The notes beneath the pieces are model-generated. The model ran no database searches. It had not been told where the DNA came from and saw nothing but the letters and a program-made list of their open reading frames with translations. Below are positions 26,959-39,549 of a stretch of DNA of 64,000 bases, piece by piece. The stretch is from Cladosporium halotolerans (lineage: Eukaryota): positions 124,001 to 188,000 of the forward strand of contig NW_027191469.1 in NCBI RefSeq assembly GCF_011745625.1. Reading direction: 5' to 3'. The number at the start of each line of letters is the position of its first letter. Position 1 is the first letter of the stretch. The position numbers and the translations under genes are program-made.

Positions 26959-28938
26959 CGTAGCGGCTGGTATGAGCTGGATTGATGAGCCAGGTGTTGT
27001 GGGCAAAGAGTCCTTGGGAGAATAGGAAAGCTGCGAACGATGAGAAAGGGAGGGCGAGGGCGTTCACCCAGAGCACGATTGGCTTAAATGACAAACACAG
27101 TGGGGCGCAGTTAGCACCGTGGGATAGTCTGTGGAGAAAAAGTGGTCTCGCGAGTCTGGGTCTGCTGAGTGGCACGGTCCAGTATATAAGGCTCCTCCGT
27201 AGCGCGGCCTCGGTCATGCCCAGTGATGGCACTTTGCGCGGCAAACTCTTCGTCTGCCCACGGTCCTTCACCGCGCGATCGTGGCACATTGGAGGGGCAG
27301 ACACGGTACGTGACGGTGGCGGGCCCCACTACGGTTGCGAGCAAAGTTCCTATCAGTAGCCTACCTACTGCGGCTAGTGGACAGGAGATACTGCTGTTAG
27401 TGGCGACTGCGCTGGAATTGCCGGCCGGGGCAAGCAGCGCGGTGCAATAGCATGCTGCGTGATTTTGAAGGGACTTGTGACTTCCGTACTCAATCCTCCA
27501 TCTGGTCGATGTCCTTGCTCTTGGCCGGTTCGTCTGGCGATGTCATTCGTCGAGAAGCCGTTGGGCTCCGCGCACGGTGATCCCGGCCAATGGCGTGCCC
27601 AGAAGACATCCAACGTTTTGCATGACGTCTCACCCTTAAGCCGCAGGTGCGGCTCATGGTGCCAGGCACACGCACTTTGCATTGGCTGGCTAAGCGGAAG
27701 CAACACACGCTTTCGAGGCTCTCCAGGGATTGGCAACCGACCCGCACAGGTGATTCATGGCTTTCGAGGAGGCGGTTTTGCATCGGAGTCGAGTCCGAAG
27801 AAGCCGCGCTCGGTCGCTGGCGTTCGTTGTGCAATCCACTTCGCCACGCTTACCCAAATGACGTGCAAATGTGTGGTGCATCGAGGAAACGCGTAGTCGG
27901 CCTCAGCGCCCGGCGCGAATCGCCTGACTCACAAAGATGGGCGCTATAGTTGAATAGCCGTTTTGCGGCCGCCTAGCGAAGCTCAACGCCTTTGACGCCT
28001 CCAGGCGCACGCTATGCAGCCCATCGGTGCTCTAGCGACTTTGGCGCGCTGCGTCTTCACATGCTTGCACGCTTGGCGCTGGTTTGTTGGAGCCTGCAGC
28101 TGCAGTGAGCGTCATCAGCGCTATTTCCTAGTCGATAGAACTGCGCTTAACTGCTCGTCGTTCTGCAAGAAGTGGCTTGCGGAAGTACATACGTCGAGGT
28201 CAGCCACCTGATCTCATCATGCATTCTCAAGCAAAAGACGAGCATGTTGATTGATGGATGCAGCATGCTGGCCGCGGCTCACGTCGTGATAGGATTCTCA
28301 CCCCTCAAATGGGACAGGTGCCTCGCGGAAGTCGGCAGCCATGGGTCGCATCCTGGCCGTGTATCCCTCAAAACACGATGACTTGGGACGTAGCTTAAGC
28401 AGGGCTCGAAATCAACCGCAGGGGTGAGATCCTCCGCCGCATTGTGCCGGCCTGCCATGTGTAGGTGCAGGAGGTTCGCATCGCTCAAAGCGGAAACCCG
28501 GGCTTTGGCGTGCTGGTGTGGTCTTGGTTCTGCAGCTGCCCTCACTCTCCACTTGCCATGCTGCTTAAGGGCGATCAGCCTGGAGATGCGGAGATCCTGG
28601 GGTCATGTGGGCACTTGTCGAGAGCATACTGAAAGTGTTGGTGTGCCGTATGGTGAGTGACCTGAACACTCGAGCGATTCATGGGCGATGTGAAGGCAAC
28701 AACTGTGCGAACCGCCGTGCGAGATGTGCTGTTGTATGAGGAAGTTGACGACGGCGAATGGAGGGAAGCAAAAAGGCCTGAAGTGCAGCAATGTGAGGGA
28801 GCACAGAAGGCAGGCACGCCAAAGGCTGGGGACGTCGCTCTTTATGCTTAATCCAACCTCACCGACTCCACCCTGTACAACCACCAACGCTATCGCGCAC
28901 CGGTCTACGGAACAAGTGGGCCTCTCCGCGGGATCAGC

Positions 28939-30951
28939 ATGGATTGGACGGGAGGTACGAGACGAAGGTATGCTGGGGCTAAGAACAACAACGCAGGCTT
29001 GCAACGACAGAAAGCCCACTTCGCAAGGGTGAGGGCAGCCAAACAGAACTCTCACATCAAGGATCGCCAGCGGACTATATCTTGGAACGGACACAAATTG
29101 TCTCTAGATGAAGATAAGTCGAGTGTGAAGGATGATCGTTCTCTGCGTGTATCGCAACCCCAGGCCCACGCGACGAGGCATGAGCATGGCACCGCTCACA
29201 GTGACGACACAGCTGCATGGCCTTACAAAAGTATGACCGTGTGCTTCTGTAAGATAACCGTAATCTCTTTTCATTGACCCGCGCTAGATGGCCATGAACA
29301 CGTTCGCGATCATCGCTCTATATATACGCCTCGTGATCGGACGCAACCCCAGCGCTTTCCGACAGGATTGAAGACTATCAACGACGACGAATTGTTGGTG
29401 CTCGCCAAGCGGCGCAAGCTATTCGCTCGAAATGACTGGCTTTCTCTGGAGCCCACGAGGCCTTTACGCCTGGAATTTCCTGCCGGTACAGGTGACAGCT
29501 CAGTTGGACGACGAAAAAGGATCAAAACAGTGAAAAGGTCCGCTCATAGGGCTGTACAGCGACCTATCTTCAGTCCAGTCTTCAGGGGACCCCTAGGGAA
29601 CAATGATATCTTCATGAGCGGTGCACTCCCTTCATCTCCAAACGAACCAATCCACATCAAGGTCGGCACCAGCGCATTTGGTAGTCCTCACCGCGCGCGT
29701 CCAAAGTCGAGCGCATCGAGCCGCTCCAGCATCGGTCATGCTACTGCCGTCAGCTGTCTGTCTGAAGAGTTGATGTTGCTCGGAGCTGACGGCGACTACT
29801 TCGATGCCACGCAAGTTGAAGTGCCGATATTAAAGCAGACCTTGCATCGCAGCACAACGGATCAACAGCTCGCGGTCGCCTCGGGCAGCCGGACGGAATC
29901 TTCTTGTGGACGAGAGTATGGCGGAGGTACGGCCAACGTCACCTCGCTACGGGGAGAGTACAAAGAAATGCCCCAAAGCCGAAAAGTCGCCTGCAGAGAA
30001 GATCGGTATTCAGCAGCAACATTCCAGTCCTTGATAGAGTCTCGAAGCAGTCCGGAAGTCACGAGAAGCCCGCATTTGTACCGCCCTGATGCTAAATCAT
30101 CGAAACAACAGGACGCGACTATCTATCAGATCCGTCACCCAACTCACAATGATCGGAAAGACAATGCAATGGGTTCTGGGGATCAATATGACGTTGACCC
30201 AGACTCGGAGTCCATCTGGAGGCGGTTGATGGGCGTGCGTACTCCAGGAGAAAACGTTACATCCACCAGAGTCATTAATCCAACGGGCACTTATTCCGAC
30301 ACCTCTGACAGAGCACTTTTATCTATCTCGCATCGTCTGGTAGATGGGCAAAACTATGTCAGACACACTTCGTGGCAACACGCGACGATCGACCCATGTC
30401 ATGAGCACAATGCGTTTTTGCACGCGCAACACCAGCCTTTGCTCGCGCCCTCTCAAGTGCCGTTGAGGCAGCCGGAATGTGCATTGCCAGAGAACCAGAA
30501 TCGCAGTAAGATAGACGATGCTGAGAGTTTATGGAGAGAGTTCATCACTGATAGTCCCAACACAGAGGACGACAGTGGTTTTCCAATCTCCTCGGAATGC
30601 ATACCGACAGGCGCAAAGCATTTCGTCCAGCCTGCCCCATTAATAATCAATGACTCTGGTGCATCGGACAGAGCTACTCAAGGCGATCCAGTCATTTCAG
30701 GATCTCCAGAAACACCGCAATATCTAAGTCACGTCGGCACAGACGCTGCGGCGAAGGATAGTGATAGCATCGATGACCTCTCAATTGACGATGAAACTGA
30801 ACACCGCAGTCCGCGCAACATCCACACTATGCCGGGGGCAGTCACTGGCCTTCGGGGGTTCAAACCACGCGATCGGCAGCCTGCTCACATTGAGCATGGA
30901 AATCGCAATCAGCCATCGAAGAGGTTCGTTCGGAGCCGAGCTCCCAGATGA
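28939..30951 (+). CDS. Largely disordered protein with HEIP1/REDIC1-like N-terminal motif; exons 28939-29230, 29288-30951
   Basis: MDWTGGTRRRY...LQRQKAHFARVR N-terminus. Intron GTATGA...CTAG joins the two ORFs in frame. Confidence 0.75.
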
Positions 30952-31253
30952 TGCAGACACACGAAAGCAGTTAGGCAGACTGTGGAAGGTTGCTAGTCTC
31001 CTGACTCTGGAACCTTGTTGTTAGCTGTCTATTTAAGCATAGCTCCATAAGAGTTCAATGCCGATCTCCGAAAGATCGACAAAGAGCGTTTGCCTGAAGT
31101 CCATGTGGCATGTGCCAATAGTATGCAATACAACGAGAAGCTCAAGTGGAGTTTCACAGTATTCATTACAGCGTAACACATAATGCTAGCTATTCAATCA
31201 ATTCATAAAACCATGTTCTTCTAATGTAATCATTCCTTCACGCTGCAAAGCTT

Positions 31254-31584
31254 TTACGCGCTGGTGTCGCCACCAGTAGCAGCGAAAGAGTTGTTGTTGT
31301 CGACCTTGTTGCCACGGTCACCCTGGACGCCAGCCGACGGAACATCGGCCTCTTGCATGCCGTTCAGAGCGGCCCTGGCGGGGTCCTTCTTGGTGCGGAC
31401 CTCGTTGTTGAAGCTGGCGTTGGGCGCGCCGGAGTCGAAGCCGCCTTCAGTGATGTTCTTGCCGTGAGGCTTGCCAGAGTTCTGGACGACCTGAGCTAAG
31501 TGTCAGATCTACTTGTTCTGGTGATTGCGCTGCCTTGTAAATTTAATTGAAGCATACCTGCTCGTGACCGGATGGGGCAGACAT
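31254..31584 (-). CDS. Small (87 aa) hydrophilic Gly/Asn/Ala-rich protein missed by the ORF track; exons 31584-31558, 31490-31254
   Basis: MSAPSGHEQ|VVQNSGKPHGKNITEGGFDSGAPNASFNNEVRTKKDPARAALNGMQEADVPSAGVQGDRGNKVDNNNSFAATGGDTSA*. CAACC-ATG context, GTATGC...CTGAC...CAG intron, strongly C-ending codons. Confidence 0.8.
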
Positions 31585-32080
31585 GGTTGTATGAGTAGAG
31601 GGAATAGGTACTGATAGATTTGAGGTGGGCTTTGTGGTGTCGAGAGGAAAGGTGGTGTGGTCGTGTGAGTATCTTAGACGTCTTCAAGAAGCACTCAGGT
31701 ACACAGCTTGAAGGTTTTGAGATGATGTCCCTCCATAATTACATGGTTATGACATACTCGCATGAAGTGATTCTCGCGTGATGTCACAACCCCGCTGCAA
31801 CAAAATTGGAGAGCACGCACTCAATTGAAGCCTGTTAGTAGAAGTAAGAGCACTAGTCATTGGGTTCGACTAAATTGCCATCGGAGATGTTTCGAGCACC
31901 TTCTGGTGGTGGAAGTCTAGACCTTCCACGTACATATGGCTGGCCCGCTAAGGTAGCGGAACAGCAAGCAGCGAATTCTCAAGCTCATGTCGATCACGCT
32001 CCCGCAATACACTGGGTATCTTTCATCTAAAATTTACAAGCTCTTCGTCGTGAGTTTCGTTTCTCGTGGCAGTTTTGCAA

Positions 32081-33387
32081 TTACGAGATGAAAACTTTGC
32101 GAATGCTGCCTTCTTCCCATTCGACGTCGTTTTCTCCAAGTTTCGTCGGATCCCTATACCAGCCCTTTTTCGTTCCGAGTTTCTCGTTGAGCAACTGCAA
32201 TCTTTCGCGACCGAAGACCCGGCCATTTGGAAGAACAACCGGATCATCTTCCATGGAGCTGGTAGTGTGATGGGCATAGGGCACGTTCTTGGCAAGCTCA
32301 TTGAGCTCTGTAGAACAGATCGGACAGACAGGTGCTCCAGTATTCGCGGTCACGGAGAGAGCGTGCTGCGAGTGACAAGCAGGAGTCTTGAGTGCGCTGA
32401 GGCCTGCAGACAGAGCGATGTGTAACAGAGGTGTTGGTGGGAGAGAGAATAAGTTATGGTGAGTTTGTACGAATAGGTCCGCCAGGTGAGGATAGCGTTC
32501 CTGTGAATACAGTGTCTGAAGGAAAAAACGTTAGCTTTTGGAACTGCATGCAAAAACGAGCATCGCGAATTACCTGGTATGGTTCCACAAAGGTGTCTGG
32601 AGGGTATGCCATGAGTCCACCAGCCTGCAGACCAAATTTCGAGCTCTGGTCCCCGGCGAGATGCTTCCGAGCATGTACAATCGCGTCCACGAGCTTGTCG
32701 ATGTCTCCGCTCCGTGCTAACTCGATGAACTGTTGTAACCGTAGTTCAAGTTCAAGTTCACTCTGCCATGAATGTCAGTAGAATGCCAATTCTTCGTCTT
32801 TCAGACCAACTCACATTGATCTTCTTCAAGGCGTTCTTGTTCTCCCCGCACCATGTCAATGCATCTTTCACTTCGCCCTTGCGCAACGCCTGCTCAATTC
32901 TCCCAGCCTCTTCAAATACGCCCACATCTACCAAGTCTCCCAGCTTATTCTCTTCTGCAAGCTCTTTCGCGCTTTGCGTATAACCCTGCCTCAATAGATA
33001 ATCAACAAGCAGCCGATCCAGTCGTACGTGTGCCCATCGGTCGTAAGCTACATCGCCCAGGCTCGGAATCTCGTGCAGCGTCTGCAAGTGCTGAATCCGT
33101 GCCTTCTGCTGTGAATGTAACGCCTGCTCCTCTGTATGTAAGGCTTCCAATTTTCGCTTGAGGTTCTGTGCTTTCTGTAATGTGGCGTCCAGACTCGCGA
33201 GGGTCTCGGCGGGATTTTGCTTCGTGCTGCTCTGAATTGCGGATGTGATGTTTTTGTTGACTGGCTCTATCGCGCGCTGCGCGGATTTGAGATTCTTCTT
33301 CAATAGCTCGTGAGGAAGTCGGAGGAGCGGCTGCTCGAGGAGAAGGTGTGAGTCTGGGTCCATCTTGGAGACGCTGTGTTCGGCCAT
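32081..33387 (-). CDS. FYV10: GID/CTLH ubiquitin ligase subunit Fyv10/Gid9 (MAEA); exons 33387-32815, 32762-32574, 32515-32081
   Basis: LLLEQPLLRLPHE, LisH (RLDRLLVDYLLRQGY), CTLH, LSAGLSALKTPAC, degenerate RING CPICSTELNELA...PYAHH...LPNGRVFG. Confidence 0.93.
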
Positions 33388-33850
33388 GGAAGATAGCTCG
33401 CGGCTTTTGAGTAGGGTCGAAATGGTCGCAAGGAATGCAGAGGTCAAAAGATCGTGGCGTTGGTACTGTGCCGGAGCCGTTTGCTCCGGACGTGGTCGGC
33501 AGGTCGTGTTGCACAGAGAAGGGTAGGGTCGTAGAGGCAGAGGTCCGGGTCCGATGCAGCAAGGGCCAACTGCGTCAGCGCAGCTCGGTCTCGCCGTGAG
33601 CTGTGAGCGCGGGGGCGGAGATCAGGGTGCAACGGTCCTGGTGAATTTGGAGCTGTCCAGCTGCAGGATCATGAAAGTTTAATCAAATGTCAACCAACTT
33701 TCTGCGGTTGCTAACCGCGCCAATCAACGCGATGTCTAGCATCACTCAGCCACGCTTGTGCATGCCTTCATAGCGTCAACGATGTTGACTCAGCTTAACG
33801 GAAGAGAACTTCTATCATGCTACAGCACTTTGTGAAAAGTCAAGTCCAGC

Positions 33851-35806
33851 ATGCCAGCCCAACCGCGAGGCCGGGCGTGTCAAAACTGCCAGTCTATCAA
33901 GATCAAATGCGAGCTGGGCGCTCACGGCGGCGAGCCGCCTTGTGAACGGTGTACGCGGCTGAACAAGTCATGCGTTCTTGCTCTGCCAAAGCGACAAAAA
34001 GATAAAGTAGCCGAATTGGAGGCAAAGGTGGCAGCCCTTACAAAGCTTCTCGGATCACAAGGTCTCGAAGATGCGTCCGATGAAGCGAGACATCTTCGGA
34101 CGCCCAGTACGCAGTCTTCAGGGCTATCTGACGGTGCGCATGATTCATCTTTCAGGAAGAAACGCAAACTGGAGCAGCCCGCTGGGAGAACTGACAGCGA
34201 ATCAAATGGGGTCTACTCATCGCCAGAAGGGGGAACCAGCACCGATGTTGACGTTCCTGACGGTACTGACTGGCTTGATCGCATGATTTCCATCGACCAG
34301 CAACAGCTTGTACTGAACGAATTTGTGAACTCCTATCAGTCGATCTTCCCAGCCATTCCTTTGGAGCCTGGCGTTGAAGCAAGAGTCATGCGAGAAACAG
34401 TGCCTCATACATTTCACGCCATCATCTACATCGCCAGTGCCGGTATACTCTCGTGGGACCTCCAAGACAAGATCAACCTGACACTTATCGAAGAATTAAC
34501 GTCTATCACTCTTGTGCAATGTAAGAAGTCACTCGATCTCCTCCAGGCTTTGCAACTTGTTTGCCTCTGGTATAGAAGCCCGAGAAATGCGACACAGATA
34601 CCACTCTTCCAGCTTATCACCATCACTTCTGATATGGTTGTGGACCTGGGCTTCGGCGGCTTGGATTATCCTCCAGCCTTGACAATTGAAGGAGCGGCTG
34701 AGGAGGGGCTGCTTAATAGCGTCGATGCGCATCGAAGGTGGCTTGTGTCATTCGTCATTACAGAGACAGCAGCTCTTCTCAAGCGGAGAGCTAACGGGCA
34801 GAAATGGTCTTCGCATCACGATCTGTGCTTGCATGAGTTGGAACTAAGCGGACAATCTCTCGAATCTGATGCATTGCTAGCGCAACATGTCCGCGTCACC
34901 CGAATGCTAGCCTTAATCTGCGATAACATGGAGCTCAATGTGACATCGACGTCTCCGGTTCTCGGCACACCATCCTGTCAACAAATCATGCAGAACCTAC
35001 AGGCCCAGATCATGACCTGGAGGCTCCAAGTCCCCTACGAAATCTGGCCATCAAGCCTTGCTTTCACGGGATTTTTCGCTGAGGTACTCCTCTATGAAGT
35101 AGTCTTGCAGACGCCCACCAACAAAGCAACTTTCGCGGCACCTTTCATGGTCGAGAGGCTTTCAACCATCGACGTGCCGAGCCCAATTTTGACACAAGAC
35201 CACATCAACTCTGTCCACTGTCTCAAGACAGCTTGCCATAACTTGCTAGATACCGCTGCAACTTTCACAGAATCCGAGTTGATCACTCTCCCAACGTCAG
35301 TCTACGCGCCGCGAATAGCACATACCGTGGTGGCCTTGTTGAAGTTACACATTGCCATCACGGCGCCTGGCAACACTTACGGTCAGACGCTTTCTCCCGA
35401 AAATGTGCAGACGGAAGCATACATCAACAAGTGCCTGGACATCGTGAACCGAGGAAGTAGGATTGACGCGGAAGCCGTGATGGTCCGGATCGTGAAGTAT
35501 GTGCAGAAGCTGAAAGATTGGCTGCAGGAGTACGAGGCTTCAAGGCTCCATCCAGAGAAGCCTGGGAATGCCCATCTCGCGTGCCACTACACAGTCCATG
35601 ATGGATCTGGCTGGACAATACGGAGAAAGGAATGCAGCAATGCCGAGATACAAAATAATCCTGCGCAGCATCGCAGCGCTCTGGGGGCACAAGTGGCGGT
35701 GGATGCTGATGTGCCGTTCATGGATTTCTTCATCACTGAATTTGCGATAGGCGACATCGACTTGTTTGATCTTCTTTCAGAGCCTGGCAAGAGCCTAGAA
35801 CTGTGA
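33851..35806 (+). CDS. Zn(II)2Cys6 transcription factor
   Basis: CQNCQSIKIKC...CERCTRLNKSC cluster, coiled coil, basic NLS RKKRK, fungal TF middle region, acidic C-terminus. Confidence 0.9.
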   Translation: MPAQPRGRACQNCQSIKIKCELGAHGGEPPCERCTRLNKSCVLALPKRQKDKVAELEAKVAALTKLLGSQGLEDASDEARHLRTPSTQSSGLSDGAHDSSFRKKRKLEQPAGRTDSESNGVYSSPEGGTSTDVDVPDGTDWLDRMISIDQQQLVLNEFVNSYQSIFPAIPLEPGVEARVMRETVPHTFHAIIYIASAGILSWDLQDKINLTLIEELTSITLVQCKKSLDLLQALQLVCLWYRSPRNATQIPLFQLITITSDMVVDLGFGGLDYPPALTIEGAAEEGLLNSVDAHRRWLVSFVITETAALLKRRANGQKWSSHHDLCLHELELSGQSLESDALLAQHVRVTRMLALICDNMELNVTSTSPVLGTPSCQQIMQNLQAQIMTWRLQVPYEIWPSSLAFTGFFAEVLLYEVVLQTPTNKATFAAPFMVERLSTIDVPSPILTQDHINSVHCLKTACHNLLDTAATFTESELITLPTSVYAPRIAHTVVALLKLHIAITAPGNTYGQTLSPENVQTEAYINKCLDIVNRGSRIDAEAVMVRIVKYVQKLKDWLQEYEASRLHPEKPGNAHLACHYTVHDGSGWTIRRKECSNAEIQNNPAQHRSALGAQVAVDADVPFMDFFITEFAIGDIDLFDLLSEPGKSLEL

Positions 35807-36755
35807 ACCCTTTGGCTAGAGCGGTGCATAAGTGCGATTTAGATCTGTGATAATGACAACCTCCCGGTTCTGTCCAATGATTTTGCTGATAACGCTAGAG
35901 AAGGTCTGTTCGATCGTCTCACGTACTCGTTTCCAGGGTCGCGAAAAACCTACCTGGTAAATAGCCAGCCACGGCAACACGGGTCAACAGACGCGAAGTC
36001 AAGGAAGGTCGCTATTGTAATTACCATCGTCTGCGGTGTCGCCGTCTCCAGCATTTGAATCCCCCCGTGCCCCCGCAATCGGACGTCTCCGCTGCAAGCG
36101 GCCACCCTTTCACGCATCTCCATAATGCATGAGAAGAGCACTCTTGCACGATCCGCCAACCCTAGCGCGATCCTTGCATTTAAATGTGTCCCTGCCAGAT
36201 GAAAAGGTACTCAGGCCGGGTATCTTTGTTCACGACATCTAGGACCGTGAAACGACGTAATGATTCCCCGGCAGTAAGAGTTCCACTGCCGGGCCGGTTC
36301 TACCCACATCTGCGACCCTTGGCCTGACCCTGGCCCTACGTTTACTCGATCACATCGAGTCAGCGGGGGAGAATTATCGCCTGGAGCCGGGGCGCCTCTA
36401 TCGCACTCTATCTCGGCTGATAAGGTTCGCGTCCTCTCGGCCAACGAATTCGCAGCATCAACACGATCAACTTACGCGGAATAGGTAGAGTTCACTGCAG
36501 TCTCGTGGGCGGAGATCTGTGGCCTTACGCACCATGCGGCTGGATCGCCATGGCACGCGGTGCCGTGAAGGCATAAGAGCCACGGGTTCCCACACAAGGG
36601 AGGTACCTTGAACGCATCAGACTTTCCTTGTACCACAAAATCGGCCGAAGTGTTCAGTCAATTGCCGGGTCTGCTACACCTTTTAAGCCTTGGTGGACAA
36701 CAACGTCGTTCCCTTCCGGCCTATCTCTTTTTCGCTTGCCTCTTGATCCTCCAAC

Positions 36756-38738
36756 ATGGAGCGGGTCAAGAGCTCGAAGCTGGCCCATTATGCAGAGAAG
36801 TTCGCGGTCGAGTCTGAGCCCGGGCTCACCACAACACAACTACTGCTCACCAATGGTAACTACTTACCCTCTGCCGAACATCCTGCACACCACCTGACAT
36901 AATCTCTTAGAGGATCTGAAACCAGTAGAGCCGGCACGTAGAGAATGGCGCAGTCGAAATTTTGGTAAGTCAAATATTCTTTATGGTGCATGAGAAGGTA
37001 GACAATATGCTAACGATTTAACAGTACGTATCATATCCTCTATCCAAAAGACAGGCAATCCAACCTCCCATGGAGCACGACGCTGATTGTTTTACCAATA
37101 GGTCGCGTTCTGGATCGCAGACTCGTTCAACATCAACACATGGATGATTTCTTCCGCTAGTATCATCAACCCCGGCCTTGCATGGTGGCAGTCTTGGCTT
37201 TGCGTGTGGATCGGATATTCCATTGCCGCCATGTTCATCTGCTTGACCGGTAGGATTGGTGCAAAATATCACATCTCGTTCCCAGTCGTTGGAAGAGCGT
37301 CTTTCGGAATCTGGGGATCACTATGGCCTGTCTTGAATCGCTCAGTCATGGCTTGCGTCTGGTATGGTGTCCAGAGTTGGATTGGAGGTAAGTATCATTC
37401 GTCGAGATCATATCCACATCCACCTAACAACGTTAAGGTGAATGCGTCTTCCTCATGATCCGATCAATCTGGCCATCGTGGGACAACTACGCTGCTGGAG
37501 GCAGCAAGAACACGATTCCGGAGTCGACAGGAGCCAACACGGCTGGCTTCGTCTCGTTCTTCCTGTTCTGGCTCGGCTCGCTGCCATTCCTATGGTTCCC
37601 AGTGCACAAGCTTCGCCACCTCTTCACCGTCAAGTCGTACGTTGCACCTTCTGCGGGTATCGCACTCTTCATTTGGGCTATCGTCCGCGCGGATGGTCTC
37701 GGACCCATTGTCGACCAACCAGCCAAAGTTGGAGGCAGCGCCCTCGCTTGGGGCATCATCAAAGGGTAAGACAACGCTCTCGCATTGTCACGATGGACAT
37801 AGGCTGACGACTGTTGTAGCATCATGTCCTCTATTGCGAATTTCGCTGCCCTGATTATCAACGATCCTGATTTCAGTCGTTTTGCTCGTCGCCCTAACGA
37901 TGCACTATGGTCTCAGCTCCTCACGATTCCATGCTCGTTCGGGCTCACCAGCTTTATTGGCATCATCGTGTCGTCTTCCGCCGCCGTGATTTACGGCGAG
38001 CCTGTTTGGTCTCCATTGGAGCTTTTGGGGAACTTCCTGCGCGATCCCACAGTGGGCGGCGCCACAAGGTTCGGCGTCTTTGTCATCGCGGCTGCTTTCG
38101 TCCTTGCGCAGCTGGGTACAAACATCGCAGCCAACTCCGTCTCCGCCGGTACCGATCTCACAGCACTGCTCCCTCGGTACATCAACATTCGAAGAGGCTC
38201 CTACATCTGCGCGATCGTCGGCATCGCCATCTGCCCATGGAACCTCCTGAAAGACAGCAACTCCTTCACAACCTACCTCTCGGCCTACTCGGTCTTCCTG
38301 TCGTCGATCGCCGGCGTGATGGTCTGCGACTACTACTGGGTTCGCAAAGGCTACCTAGAGACGCAGAACCTGTACTCCGGGCTGAAGACAGGACCCTACT
38401 ACTTCACCTACGGCTTCCACTGGCGTGCGTTCGCGGCCTACGTCGCCGGCATCATCATCAACGTGGTCGGCTTCGCGGGCGCGGTTGGCACTCCCGTCCC
38501 GATCGGAGCGGAGTACATCTACAACCTCAACTACTTCTGCGGCTTCATCGTGGCGGCGGTCGTGTACGCTCTGCTTTGCCGCATCTCGCCCATCCCGGCT
38601 ACCAGCAAAGTGTGGCTCGAGGTGGACGATGACCTCGATGGGAGAAACGGAAGTGTGGTGGAAGGCATGATACCTCCCGACGAGGAGACTTCCGTGGGAG
38701 TGCACGCCTACAACAAGGGTGATGACATGCGGGATTGA
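36756..38738 (+). CDS. NCS1-family (Fur-type) uracil/allantoin permease; exons 36756-36855, 36911-36963, 37102-37387, 37438-37765, 37820-38738
   Basis: [73 protein letters not shown]. Confidence 0.93.
36964..37102 (+). other. Spliceosomal twin intron (stwintron), [D1,2] with alternative [A2,3] route
   Basis: TTT|G GTAAGT..GCTAAC..ACAG TACGTA..GCTGAT..AATAG|GTC. Only two-step excision keeps RNF|VAFW in frame. Confidence 0.88.
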
Positions 38739-39549
38739 ACTAGATGCAGCAAGGATCGCGTGGGCGGACGTTTCGGGGGGTTGGTTAAGAGAGCCACTTG
38801 TTAGGCGGTTTTAAGTTTCAATGGAGCTCACCAGAGAGTCCTCGATCATCGGCGAAGGCCCATATACCCGTACATACGATTTGCACTGCGTCCACTGCGC
38901 TGAATGAGACATAATGGCCTACTCGTGCTCTGGTTGTGTCACAGCGAATTGCGCAAGCTTACATATGTGAAAACGATGGCAGGTGATGCGCAAAGGGGTA
39001 AGGGAGGGTATGGTGGTAATCTGGTGAAGGTAGGTCATCCGAGACTATTATCAGACATCAGACATGTCTGCTTACGTTTCAGTGATCTGTATCCATCGTA
39101 TCTCGGGGCGTTGGCCTTGACCGAGCAGGATGTAGAGTGAAGTGAAGTGATTTGGCGTCAGTCACGTGATAATAGTCGATTGTAGAGGGTGACCGTAGAA
39201 CATCAGGATGACTACAAGATCCTCAGCGGCCTTTATGTATTGCATGATCCGCACGACACCAGCTCTACTTTGGCGCAAGTACCTGCAAGTCATCTGCCCT
39301 CGTAGAATCCTCAAGCGAGCCGGTCACGTGCGGTCGTGAAACAAATGTTTCAAACCTGACCCCCATCACGTGGCACCCACGAACGACCAATTCCGCACCC
39401 GACCAGATCATCTCGGTTCCTGACTATCATCCGCGACCATGACCTCGAGCGGCGAAAGAAAGCCAATTCCCCTCCTTGGCTCCTCCCTTTCGAGTAAGTT
39501 CATCACCTCCCAGCCAGCGCATCAAGAATCGCAGCCAACGCAGCCCAAC

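Noticed and set aside
36856..37101. TPP riboswitch in NCS1 permease introns
   Set aside because: No CTGAGA or other TPP aptamer core is present.
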